Below are positions 49,798-62,050 of a stretch of 64,000 bases of DNA, piece after piece; within the stretch, counting starts at the first letter, position 1, and every line of letters begins with the position of its first letter. The notes beneath the pieces are model-generated. The model had not been told where the DNA came from and ran no database searches. It saw only the letters and a list, made by a program, of their open reading frames with translations. Location: assembly GCF_009914755.1 (NCBI RefSeq), contig NC_060925.1; one strand, given 5' to 3'. Made by a program: the position numbers and the translations under genes. This DNA is from the human T2T-CHM13v2.0 reference genome, Homo sapiens.

Positions 49798-50334
49798 CAG
49801 TGGTTCTTATCCTGGGGTTCACAGAGGGTCCATGAACTTATACGGAAAAAACTGCATCTTTAATTTCATCAACCTCTAGCTAAAATTTAGCAGCTCCTCT
49901 AATTTTAAATGTAGGCAGCAAGTCACAGTAGTATCAGCAGAAACTATAATTTTTCACCAATAGAAATCACAGATATTTTTATATCTCATTACAGTTGTTG
50001 CAGATATGTTGAAATATTGTTTAAGCTTATTACTAACTTCAGAATCACACTAGTTATTAGACCCGCCAGCAGATCTTGTTATTTACTGTGTTAATAAAGA
50101 AACACATATATTACTATACCACAAATCTGTTTTTTAATATTTTGATAGCAATATTTCAATAAAAAATGCAGTTTCCTTTGTAATCTTATATATTTTATTT
50201 TATACATTTATACCATTATTTTGAGAAGGATTCGTGTGCTTCACTAGGCTGGTTGAATTTTTTCAACCATGCCTTTTTTATGGCATGATCCATATTTTTT
50301 ATGGACCAAGCCATTAAAAAGGGTCAGAACCCTG
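49798..50334. mobile_element. Charlie4a-like hAT DNA transposon derivative
   Basis: cagtggttct terminus; internal caccaatagaaatcacagatatttt...acagttgttgcagatat...ttattagacccgcc...gttaataaaga; ends aaaaagggtcagaaccctg. Confidence 0.8.
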
Positions 50335-50410
50335 GCCTTGGGAGGAAGAAATGACTGGCATCTGTGGACATTGCCATGGCTAGGGCCTGGGTGTCCTGGG
50401 CACTGACCTG

Positions 50411-50565
50411 CAGAATCCTCACAAAGAGTTAAGAAGGAAAGTTCCATCATTATCCCCATTTTACAGTCAGGAAACTGAGACACAAAGTGATTGTGTAACT
50501 TGCTCAAGGTCACTGAACTTCCAAGTGGCAGAGCTGAAATGAGAGCTCAGGCAGACAGGATCCAG
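50411..50565 (-). mobile_element. MIR SINE
   Basis: attatccccattttacag...ggaaactgagac...taacttgctcaaggtcac...aagtggcagagctg. Confidence 0.85.
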
Positions 50566-52594
50566 ATGGCCTCCTTTGTCCTTCCTTCTGGTAGCACCAC
50601 AGATGAGTCAATGTTTAATGTACTCCTTCATGTGTTTGTGTGAGGCCGGGTTATCCACTGATGCCTGGAAGTTTGAGGGCAGTGTTTTTGACCTTCTCAG
50701 CTAGAATACAAATAACTCAAGGGCAGCAGAGTCTGGGCTGAGGTTTTTGGTCATCTCTTCCAGGCACCAAAGGAAGTGGAATTAAGGAATTCTACTTCTC
50801 TGAGCACTAGGATAATTAGCAAATATTATAGGAATTCAGTCATTGAAGGCACCCACTAACCCCCAATTCATGTTTGGGCCCCATTTTGGGAATGTCCTTC
50901 TTGGCCAAGTGGGCCCATTCTTCTTGGGATGAGCCTTCCTTCAAACTGGGAGTGCTCCCTAGCCTCCACTCTGTCTCTTCCCCACTCCACCTTCCATTCC
51001 CACTTTTTTGCCCACAGCCTCTCTGCATCTAAAGGAAGCAGGAAGTTCGGGTGGCCAAAGCTTGACAGAGACAAATGTTTCATTACCAGGAGGCTTTGGT
51101 GCACGATCGTTAAGTGATCACCAAACCTGGAATGCCACATTGGAAGGGCACCCCTTGGAGAGCACTTAATGGGTCCTAATTGCATTTGCTAGCCATCAAT
51201 CACCAGGGTAATTTCCTGTCTTAAGACATGTGCTCTCCTCAGTGAAAGAGCCAAAAATGAGGCCAAAAATGAAAGAGAAAGCTTCAGAATGAAGGAGAGT
51301 TCTGGTCCTCTCTTCACCTGATATAAAGCCCTTCCTTGCCCGGGTGTGGACCTAGGGGAATATTTCTTCTCTCCTTTAAATGGCTCTTGTAGGGCAGGTA
51401 ATTGCTTACTCAGTGCTTGGCTGGCAAAGTTGTGACCTTCAGGAGAAGAGCCTGAGTACATTTTTTCCTAATGGTGGCTCTCAGGCCATCCTTCAAGGTA
51501 GCCAGTTCCCACCAAAGGATCTGACTTGAGGGACTGACCTGACTGGCCCAGGAATCTCTGTCATCTCAGAACAAGTTCAATTTTAATTTGCTTGATATCA
51601 TCATCTCCCCCGGATCTGCATTTAAGAGGGGATGAGTTGCTAGAATGATAAAAGCTTGACTTTCCAGGCATTTGATGAAGGACTCTGGGTTAGGTTGGGC
51701 TGTGAGCCAAAACCCTTCTGTATCCCCATCAGTCAACCTGAGAGCAGAGAACAGAGGATTCTCCGAGCAGATGGCACAGATAGCACCTAAGTCCCTCTCC
51801 CTCGTCAGGGGCCAAGCCAGGCATCTGTGTGAGCCAGGGCCTGCTTCTGGGACTGTGAACTGGTTGGGTAATGGTGCAGAACTGGTGGTGGGGGGCGGTT
51901 CCAGTCAAACAGGAAGTGGATCCCACTAAGAGTCAAGTGCAAATCCAGTGGAGACATGATTGCCATTTTGAGTGGGATAATTCTTTTTTGGGTGAAACTC
52001 TCCAAGGTCACAATGTGGAGAAGTAGAGTATTTAAGAAACCTGAGCAAGGGCAAAATATGGGAGGTAAAGCTGGAGCTTAAGAGCTTAGTGCATATAGGA
52101 GCAGGCCAAGATGTCGGAAACCAGGCCAGAACAAGACACAAGGGGTCCATTGGGCTGTGACCATGGCTAGGGTGTTCACAGTTGCTCTGTGCAGATGACA
52201 ACCTGTGGAAAATGGGAAGGGGAGGTACAAGATCAAAGCAGAGAGTGGCCAGCTACAGTGTGACTACAAGGCCACTGTCTTTTCGGCTACAATGGTTTGA
52301 GTAGAGTCTCAACTTAGCAGAACCTGTGTTCAGGTCAGAAAGTTTCCTGAGAAAAAAAAGGTTGAAGATATTTTCCTTACAGTTCGTTCCCAAATATGGA
52401 AGTATAAGAGATTAATCCAACGTGGAGGAGTGTTGATTGTGGGTTAATACAAAGTAGGCCTTGGAAAATGAAAATATATTTTCTTTAGGCAGCAACTGGG
52501 TCTTCAAAAATTAAAATTCTATCTAAAACCTTGACTTCTTGGGGTCCTGGTATGATCCAAGGTTGTTGTGTAGCCTTATGTTTTAGAGTGCATG

Positions 52595-52770
52595 ATTACC
52601 ATGTGGGGTGAGTTGATTCCTCTTTGGATGAGACTGTCCAGGGTGCTGGAGGTGGACTTCCACCTCTGGCCTCCATCCATGCTGTGTTGGTATGCCTTCT
52701 GACAGCATTTTGACTACCAACGATACCCCTCCACATACACATTTCCAAATATTCCCAGGGTGGGAGGGAG
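52595..52770. mobile_element. MER20-like hAT MITE, degraded
   Basis: gactgtcca...ctggcctccatcca...tgactaccaa...acatttccaaatattccc. Confidence 0.45.
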
Positions 52771-54679
52771 GAGGCAGTCAAGACAGACTCTGGCTAATCC
52801 AGCTACTTTCTTGGCATACAGGAAGGTTGCTAATGTCCCAGATGTTGGGATTATGCTCAAGAACTTGAGGCAGAGGCTTGACAGCCTCCTCAGACCCTGA
52901 GATCTCAACCTAGTCAGAGCTGGCCAATTCCCAAGTGGTGGATTTTCAGGACAAGGCCATCCTCATGGGGGAAGAGAAAACCATGCTTTCAACACTTTCA
53001 CCCTCTTACATTTATGTTTGAACTGATATTGTGAGATCCTTGAAGACACACATAATGACTTTTTCATTCTGGTCTCCCCAGTCGGTGAGGGCCTGATGAA
53101 TATGAAAATATAGCCTTGAAAAACACCAGAGGCATGCTCCCAAATAAAATCACACTCAGCTTTTCACAGTGCAGTCAACTGTTTACACAGTTCCCCAGGA
53201 AAAGAAAAGGAAAAGAAAAAAGAAACAAACAGTAAATTACTGATCACTTATTATCAGCAAGAGCTAAAAATTGCTGGAGGCAAAGACAATAATAGAAAAT
53301 GGCTACTGCTCTTGAGAAAGAAGCTCACAGCCCATGAAGAAGACACAGTCATGTACACCTGGAGACATGTCCACATGGTTTTGCATCAAAGATTTAATGG
53401 AGGTGTAAACAAACTTCCTGGAAACCCATGTGTGGAATCTGGGAAGGCTCCCCTTCCCAGGGGAGAGGAATCAGATGAAGACGGAAGTGTCAAGTTTCAG
53501 AAATCGGAAAGATTATCTCAGGCAGAGAAAAACAGTTGCACTGAGACCTGCTGGCTCTGGAAGGTCTCATGACCTAGGATCCATATCCTCAGGATGAAGT
53601 TGAAGGGAAACACAGACCCTCTCCCATTTGCCTCATTGACTTTCTGAAGAAACCTCATAGTTCCTTCCGGGAATGTGCCAGAATCAAGAAGGCATATCCT
53701 GAGGCCAGGCTGTTGCTCATGCAGTGTGATTGGAAGGTCTTCGCAAAACCCTCCAAATCTCTGTTTCTAAAACTCCTACAACTACCATTAGGTTTATACC
53801 TTTATGTTATGATTTGCCCTTCCCAGAGATATTTGCATTTTAAACCAAATCATAAGTAGCTCACACTATAGCATAAACTAGTCTCATAAGTTATTGGTCT
53901 GGGACACCCAGAGAGAAGAGGGACTTAAGGACTGCCATGGAAGACATCAAAAGGAGAGAGGAGAAATTGTAAGACCACCAAGAATAGAGATAAAGAAGAC
54001 AAGTTGAATCTCCCTCACACTTTCTGTGCTTTTCCAGAAAGGATGGCAAAAGAGGCACTGACTAACAAATCAGTCTCAGATGTAGAGTGGGGAGGGAACT
54101 GGCACTGTTTTGGTTTTCTGTTTTTGCTTTTGTAGTCAAACCACATTATTACCATGGCAATTCCCTCATCAACAAGTCCTTCCTCTGATCCCACTAACAA
54201 GTGTCATCCTGATAACAGAGGCTCCATGTGACCCTGCATTCAGAAGCTGTGGAAGAAATCTCAGGCAGAGATTCACCTTTCCCTGCAGCTGAGCACCACT
54301 GATCACACTCCCAGAGAATCCTTCAGCTCCAGGGTTTGACTCAAATCTTTGAATGGTGATGCCAGACTCCCAGGAGGGCCAGATTTATCAGAACTTGGGG
54401 ATGGTGAGGAGAAGGGAAAGGTTTTCAATTTCCTTTCATTGGTCAGGATCACTGTAAGAATTACACAGTGATGTAATTCTTATGGCTAAGGAAAGGGCCT
54501 AGCTCTCAGCTCTGTTGCTGTGACAGCCCAGTCTCAGCTACAGATAGCCCTGGCCTACAGCTAGATGGTTTGGTTTCTTTGGGAGCAGACAAGTACCCCA
54601 GCTCATCTTTGAAAGAGTACAGCTAGACACTTGACTTTGGCACTTTTTTTCCTTTACCATCCTTTCTGCCCCACCCAGC

Positions 54680-55305
54680 ATTCACTTCAAATCCATCCAC
54701 TCTCCCCTTCCCCAGAGGTAGCCACTTCTCTCAGCCCTTGTTATCTCCGGACTGGTTCACCGCCTCTACCTCCTTTCTCCTCACTGGGTTTCCTACTTCC
54801 ACTCTCAGCCCGCTTCTAATCCATTCTCCATGCTACTCCTAGAGGATTTTTTCTAAAGCAAATCCATGTAAGTTATTTCTTCTTAAACCTCTCAAGGTTT
54901 AAGGTGTGCCCAAGGCCCATTACAACCTGACCCCACTTATTTCCCCAACCTCCTTTCTCAATGCCCACCCTCCCCTGCCTCCTCTCTGTACTCTAACCAT
55001 GCTTGACTGCATACATATTCCCTATCCCCAGGCTTGCTCACCCTGGACATTTGCATCTGCTGTTTCATCTGCATAGAAACACCAGCCTGGTTACTATTTA
55101 TTCTCCAGAATTCACCTCCTCCGAGAAGACGTCCTGACATTCCAGGGATGGGTTAGATGCCATTCCCTCCACCTCCCCTCCTTGTACCATAAACTCTCGC
55201 AATAACATTTTCCAAGTTGTGTTGCAGTTGCCATGTATAAATCAGCATATCCTCAGCACCCAGCTTTAGCTTGGCCTGCAGGAGAGGGTCAATAAGTATT
55301 AAACT
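54680..55305 (+). mobile_element. L2 3' portion
   Basis: aatccatccactctc...aatccattctcca...ttttctaaagcaaatc...tttgcatctgctgtt...tcacctcctccgagaag...tcaataagtatt. Confidence 0.75.
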
Positions 55306-55724
55306 AAAGCAGGAAGGCTTAGGGCTCCCCATGGCAGCTCCCTGCCCCTATGGCTTGGAAAACTCAATTCGCTCTGTAAAGGGAAAATGTTCACATTAAA
55401 TACTGCTGTATGCTGCTAGAAACTGTGTGCAGAGGGAAAACAAACAAGTGATTAAGTAATGGCAGGCAAGTATTTCACTAAGAGTCCTATCCAAATAAAA
55501 TAACAGGAAAAGTGCCTTTCAGTACTGATTAACCACAGCTGAGAATTAAAGATCATTTGTAACAAATCATTATAGTCAACTGATTAAAAATGAATGAGTT
55601 TGTGCAGAGAACCATTACTGAATCTGGGGCTGAAAAAAAAAGACAGTTAAAGCATATTAACATGAAACTCCCAACCTGTGTATATGTTGCTGCATGAGGT
55701 TGATTTACAATTTACACCAAGGGG

Positions 55725-56010
55725 GATGCCAGGTGTGGAGAAAAGCATGTATTTGAGTTGGAGTTCTGCTTAGGGTTCAACCCCACCCCTGGCTCTATGA
55801 AACTGGTAAAGTCTCTCTAAGCTTCCATTTTTTGCTACTGAAAAAATGGGGTTAATATCACCACCAGTGTTAGTCTGAACCATATGAAATTGCCAACGTT
55901 TGACCACATTTGTCCTACCGAGATGGCAAGTTCATATGGTTTAAGCTTAAACTTTCCAGACAAAGCTGTTATGGGGATCAAAATGAGATAATGTAAACCA
56001 AAGACGCTCT
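55725..56010 (+). mobile_element. MIR SINE (split by MADE2)
   Basis: gggttcaacccc...tgaaaaaatggggttaat | gctgttatggggatcaaaatgagataatgta. Confidence 0.65.
55870..55950. mobile_element. MADE2 (Mariner-derived ~80-bp MITE)
   Basis: Arms aaccatatgaaattgcca (55878-55895) and tggcaagttcatatggtt (55924-55941) are 17/18 complementary and match the MADE2 consensus. Confidence 0.88.
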
Positions 56011-56962
56011 ACCAATGCAAGCCATCAGAAGAACCTCCTGGCACTAGGGTAAGACTGTGACAACGGACAGCAGTGTGGTGCTCAGCTTGGCATGCCACTG
56101 GGTTTGGGGCAAATCTGGGAACTACGAACCTTCCTCATTTGCATTAATTGTTAGGTTGAAGGAAGGGAAAAGAGAAAGACCAAAAGAAATAAAAGAATTC
56201 TTCCAACCCGAATGCAGGCCCTCCCTCTCTCAGCTCTGTCTCTCCTCAAAAATACTATACCCCTCCTCTCTGGTATTTTATTTGTAAGTGTAAGCTTTAT
56301 TTAGTGTAAATCCACAGGAAGTTTGGAAGGGGGGTGCTGCATGCTTGGAGGCACTTAGCCCACCTCGGGTTCCTGTGGCCAGTCCCCATGTCTCATCATG
56401 TAGCTGCCCCTGCTATGAGGAAACCTTCTAATCTGAGTGACTGGCATACAATGAGTCCTGTCTAAGTGTTTAGTTAAATAAATGAATGAACAAATGAGTG
56501 AGTTCTCCAACACTGCTTATCCTATTGCTTGTTCTTTTGCCATCTGACAGAGCCCTAATAGAGGATAAAGGCATTTCCCACCCACACCTCCAAGCAATGG
56601 AATTAACGTAATCACTCTACATCTCCTGATTAGATGCAAACATTGACAAACAATTTTTTCATAATTAAAAATGCTTTTGATGAGACAACTTATTCTCACT
56701 AAAACCACTTCTACATGGCATTGGTCCAAAGTCTTTACTTATCAAATAATCATATATATTAATCATACATATACACACACATATAATTTTTTAAACTCTC
56801 TTTTTTCAACTAAAACTTATTCCACTAAATTCTTTCCAACGCTTTTGCCCACATGTAGGGTCCCCTCTCTTCACCCTTGCTAACTCATTTTCCTGAAGCA
56901 TTGATATATTTCTAGTTTGACCTTCTGAATGTAGCTACTGTTTGGAACTGTCAGGCAGAGCT

Positions 56963-57135
56963 CAGGGCCAGATTCATGGGCATGAGACACAACCATGCAG
57001 TCACAGTGCTCAGAAGGGCCTTGTGCTTGGTTTACTGCTTTGCTGTTGCCATTTTGAAATTATAAATAACGTTTGAACACACGGCCCCAAATTGTCATTT
57101 TGCACCGGGCCCTGCAAAGTTAGTAGCTGGTTCAG
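56963..57135 (+). mobile_element. MER45A hAT-Tip100 MITE
   Basis: cagggccagattcatgggc...gctcagaagggcc...tgctgttgccattttgaaatt...cattttgcaccgggccctgcaaa...gtagctgg. Confidence 0.88.
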
Positions 57136-57821
57136 ACAGCTACTAGAGGAAACGAAACAGTGAGAAAAAACAAAATGGGGCAGAAAGGGTAATAGGGTAG
57201 TCCAGTTTAGAGAACTCCCAGGGGGGAGCAGAAAAGAGTGACTGAGCTGGCCTGTGGGGGGTCATTCAGGAAAGCTAGAGAGCAGAGAATGCAGCTGCAG
57301 AGGAGCCATTTAATGGGAGAGACAGGTTCTAGAAAAGGGAGATTTGCTAAGGAATCCTGTGAAGCTAGCACTGTCAGATTCAGGCTGTCAGGGCTTCAGA
57401 GAGAGTACTTTTAATATGAAGACAAGAAGTTAGTCCTCCAGCATAGGAAGGGGACCTAGAGCCAGAGAGCAGCCAGAGCCAGAGAGCAGCCAGAGAGTAA
57501 AACTGACGAGTAGAAAAACCTGACCACTGAGCTAATGGAACACAAACTGGAGTACATCATTCATTTATTTATCCCTTCCTTTAATATGCATACATTGAGT
57601 ATCTAATGTGTATGTACTGTGTTAGCTCCTGGGCAATTTCAAAGATGATAATGACTCAGTTCCTGTTCTGGGAAACTCGTAATTTATATAAGAAGAGAAA
57701 GACATGTGAGCAATAACATCATGTGATTAATGTTATTAAAAAGGTTAATGTTACCTATTGTGAAGTAGGGGCAAGGGGAATGGGCAAGTTTGGGGTAAGT
57801 TTTATGAAAGATGCCCAGACT

Positions 57822-57867
57822 ATACTCTGGTTTCTCTTCAGATCATATTAATCTTTCACCTTTTACT
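57822..57867 (+). pseudogene. RNU5: U5 snRNA retropseudogene, 3'-truncated (nt 1-46), tailless
   Basis: atactctggtttctcttcagatcatattaatctttcaccttttact versus U5 ATACTCTGGTTTCTCTTCAGATCG(C/T)ATAAATCTTTCGCCTTTTACT (3-4 mismatches, two at CpG). Flanked by direct repeats tgaaag(a/g)tgcccagacta at 57805-57822 and 57867-57884. Confidence 0.92.
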
Positions 57868-58771
57868 GAAAGGTGCCCAGACTAGGTCTTGAAGGATCAA
57901 CAGGAAGTCACAGAGAAAAAAAAAGAGCATTTGGGCAGAGAGAATAGTGTGAGTAAATACACAGAAATGAGAAACCTCATGGGGCATTTAGCTACCAATA
58001 AGAAGTCCCAAACAGCCAGGGCAGAGGGTGCAAGACAGACAGCAGCAGGAATGGGTGTGCAAAGACAAGCAAGGTTTGGTTATGAAAAACCTTGAATGCC
58101 ACACCAGGGAGCCTGAATTTTACTTCAGGTATGTGCGAGAGCCTTTGAAGGTCTTAAGCAACGAAGAGGCAAGATCAGATTTTGGGGGAGATGGGAGATA
58201 TTGCTTGCTGCAATGCAGAAATGGTCTCTAGGGAAGAGTGACTGAAGCATGCAGGCCAGTTAGAGAATAACTGATGGCTAAAATTCAAGCAAAGGATAGT
58301 GAGAGCCCAAACTCAGGCAATAGCAGAGTAAGTAAAGAGTAGGGAAGAGAGTAGAGACTTCTTTCAAAGGTAGAATGAATTATAGTTGACTCACTGGACG
58401 GGATAGGGGCAGGGAGGAACAATTAAGCCTTCTCAGGTTTCTGATTTAAACATTTGGGTTAAAAACATTATTAACCAGGAAGGAGAATAAGGGAATAGGA
58501 AGATAAGAAAATGAGTTGAATTTTGGACATATTAAATTCAAGGGCACTGCTAAATATGTTCAGCGAGGGTCTGTGCTAGAGATTTTGGAAGTCATAAGAA
58601 CATAGGTATATTGGTGCTAATTGGTGTTAAGGGCATTGGATATGAGTACTCAAAGAATGGATGCAAAGCAAGAAGCTCTTGAGGACACTGATATTTAGGA
58701 AGTGGGTTGAACATGACAACCTGGTGAAGGAAGCGATCAAGGAGCTATTGGAAAGGTAGAAGGAGAACCAG

Positions 58772-59155
58772 TGTGGTATTATTTTTTCCCTATCATTGGC
58801 TGTTTTTCTTGGGAGATGACTTTATGTCCCTGCTTGCTGCAAGTCTTCTGATATCAGGCTTGGGCCATGTGGCTGGCTTTGGCCAATAGAATGTGAGCAA
58901 AGGTGATAGACACTATACCCAAGCAGAAGTTTTAGGAATCTCTCTGTATGGGTCAGTGTTAGCCCTTTTTTTCTGCCATAAGATCACCTATTCCTTCATC
59001 CTGGATCCCTAAATGCAGACGGTATGTGGAGCAGAGCTATATCTAACCCTCAGCTGATGTAAAATTTGAGCATAAAGGAAAACCTTTATTGTCGTAAGCC
59101 ACTGAGATTTGGGGATTATTACTTGAATGTAACCTAACAAAAGCTGACTGCTACA
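58772..59155 (+). mobile_element. MLT1I-like solo LTR
   Basis: tgtggta...ggccatgtggctggctttggccaatagaatgtgagc...gtaagccactgagatttgggg...aagctgactgctaca. TSD ACCAG/ACCAA. Confidence 0.82.
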
Positions 59156-59584
59156 ACCAAAAAAAGAATAATGCCTCAGAAAAGAAAACATTTTGAGAAC
59201 AAGTGAGTGGTCAATAGGGTCAAAAGTGACAGAGAGGTAATTAGGTGTCTCAATAGGTAGGTTAATGGTGATCTTAGTGGGAACAGTTTTAGTGGTGTGG
59301 CAAAAGCTGAAGCCAGATTGCTATGGATTGAGGCATGAATGGGAGGTGAGTGGGTGGAGATTATCAGTGTAGATTACTTATTTAATGATGTTGACTGTGA
59401 AAAGAAAGAAATATATAGAGAAACAGCTTAAGATGGAAATAGAGCATGAATAAAACTATTCAGTTTAGAAGAGATTTGAAACCACAGACTGAGGAGGGAG
59501 ATTTGGTGGAAATGGAGAGACTGAAAGTGCACTGAGGCTATATGCCTGAAAACATTTGGACCTCTGATTCCCTCTTAATATTAA

Positions 59585-59838
59585 AAATAATGATAGCAAA
59601 CACATAGTGCTCACTAAGTGTCTGGCACTGCTTTGATTGCCTTGCATGTATTAATTTATTTGATCTTCAAAGCAACTCTATGAAGTAGGTACTGTAGCTA
59701 TGATTCCCATCAAACAGATGAATAAAAGAAGGCATAGGGATTTTGATTAACTTATTCCGATTCACACAGCTAATAAGTAGCAAACGGAGGCCATCCAGCT
59801 TCAGAGAGCGGGTCCTTCACTACCATGCCAGGTTGCCT
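59585..59838 (-). mobile_element. MIR SINE, near full length
   Basis: aataatgatagcaaacacatagtgctcact...gcaactctatgaagtaggtact...tcacacagctaataagt. Confidence 0.8.
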
Positions 59839-61464
59839 CTCACAGAGGTACAGAAAGATTTTGAGCTATAAGCATGGCCTGGGAAGAGGATATGCCAGAG
59901 ATGGGCTATATGCATTATAGATGAGGGATGTGGCAGGGAAATATAAAGAGTGTGCCTCCAAAGGAGAAAGTTCTGGCTTCCTGGAGAGTGGAATTGGAAT
60001 GTGAAGAACACTGAGGCTTCCATTTGGGGTACCAAGTTGGTTTGTTCACAGCCTCCCCTCAGCCCCTTTCAGCCAGACTGGAGTTGGAATGTGAGAAGAA
60101 ATAAATGAAGAGGCGAAAAATTAGATTACAAGGGACGGCAGAAGAATCAAAGGACAGGAACAGAGGAGGAAGCCAAGCTCATTTTTGTGGTGCACTTGTG
60201 CTCATGATGTGCCCAGCACTGCATCAGAGCAAGGGCACATGGAAGAAGACCCGGCTGTTTCTGAAATGAGTTACCCAGGGTAATGGGCAACTTGGACATA
60301 AAGAGGCTGCTTTAACATGGGGGTGAGGTTAAGTGGGGTGTATATGAACAGCTAAGGAAAAATAGGCTACAGAGTGACAGAATCTGCTGGTGTAGCGGCC
60401 ATCAAGCAAGAAGCAGAATTGCCGGCCATCTCACATCTTAAAGATGTCTTCTGTCCACTGTCTCTTTGTGAGGATCAGGACACGGCTAATGGGATGTGGA
60501 ACTTCCCTCCAACCTGGACTAAAGGCAGGGAGGCCACGAGGGCAGAGTTGCTTTTCAGCGGTCAAAGCTGGAGAAATCTAAAACGATATCACATAACCAA
60601 GTACCCAAGAGTGGCGTGCCTTTCAGGAGGCATTTCAAAGTGTGAGTGGCCTTTCATCACTATCGAGTCTGTGGGACATGGTGTGAGTTGTCAGATCACC
60701 CCATGTCAGCTCAGTGTTCAGAGGATGCTCTGAACTGGAGAAGATTCCTCTGGCCTCTTCAGAAGTCTGAAGACTTCTTTCCATTGTAAATAAAGATATG
60801 CGGGCAAGGGAAGCAGGTGAATTTCCCAAGATTGGCAGTGAGCTGAGTAAAACAAGGGTCATGGAGGTGGGCAAGTGGGCACAGGCTCACCTCAAGTTGA
60901 CCAGAGTCAATTTTTTCCCAGATAAGGAACTGGAGGCCAGTAACAATGGGCACTGCTCTGCAAAGTGCCAGTCACTTTCCCCCTTCCTTCTTTCCTTTGC
61001 ACTTTGTATAGTACTTTGTACAGTACTTTGTCTTTCTAGCTCATCCTGACACTCCATTTAGGAGCTACCACTATCCAGACAGGCACAGCATACACATTAG
61101 CTTTCTTATGTATGGCAGAGGTCCTCTGTCTTCAAGTAGGCCCCTTTGCCTCTTGCAAGCCTGCGTAGCAGATTCCTGACCCAGGAGCACCCGAGACAGC
61201 TCATTCCAGCAGCTCAGATATCAGCATCTCTGCCCCAGTGTCCTCCACATCTGACTGATCCCCACCTGGGTCATGTTGAAGCCACATGGCCCTGAAATCC
61301 CTTTTATGTGGGACTGTCGCCACCCTCCTTGGAAGAGTCTATAACTTCATCAACCCCTTCCCCACAACTTTGAGCTTCTATAATCTTTACTTCTCCTTAA
61401 TTAATTGCTAGCCCAGTCTGCAGACCCCTGTGTGCCTTGAGGAGGAAAAGATGAAGTAGGAATC

Positions 61465-62050
61465 AGTGGTAAGGAAAGATCTGCAGAGGAAGTGAGACTG
61501 AGCTGATACTTGAAGGATGGGTGGCATGCTTTCTCTCATTTAGACAAAGGAGAAAGAAAGATAGAAGGAAAGAAAGAAAGAAAGAAAGAAAGAAAGAGAA
61601 AGAAAGAAAGGAATAAGAAAGAAAGAAAGAAAGAGAGAGAGAAAGAAAGAAAAAAGAAAGAGAAAAGAAAGAAAAGGGTGCTCTAGACAGAAGGAGAAGC
61701 ATGTGCAAAGGCACCAAAGTGTGACAGTGCAGAGTGATTCCATGAGAAGTGCAAGTCAGTGGGGCTATAGCATAGGTGTATGGGGCACAGCAGCTGGAAT
61801 TGACACTGTTAAAGCCACTCTGTAGAGAGCGTTGAATGCAATGCTCAGAAATTTGGCCTCGGACTTGGCTCTGTCAACAATTAAAGTCCATAAAAAATTT
61901 TTAAGTATGGATCTAACATGATTAAATTTGGGTTGTAGAAAGCTGAAGGTAGCTGCGTGAAAGGTGGATTCATGTGGGCAAAGACCAAAGGCAAAGAGAC
62001 CTGGTGGGGAGCTGTTCAAATCACATCCAGGCGAGACAACAGCTAGGTCC
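61465..62050 (-). mobile_element. L2 fragment containing an expanded (GAAA)n
   Basis: gagctgatacttgaaggatgg | ctagacagaaggagaagcatgtgcaaaggc...ttgaatgcaatgct...atccaggcgaga. Confidence 0.7.
61546..61678 (+). repeat. Complex (GAAA)n/(GA)n purine microsatellite
   Basis: About 130 nt of A/G with only two T residues. Confidence 0.95.

Larger units (their letters stand above)
57556..59460 (-). mobile_element. Long L2 fragment carrying nested U5 retrocopy and MLT1I
   Basis: Starts tcattcatttattt; continues ggtcttgaagga, ccttgaatgccaca, aaatgagttgaattttggacatatt, gaagccagattg. Confidence 0.8.

Noticed and set aside
56055-56085. REST/RE1 site around CGGACAGC
   Set aside because: Only the right half-site is present; there is no CAGCACC left half in the correct position.
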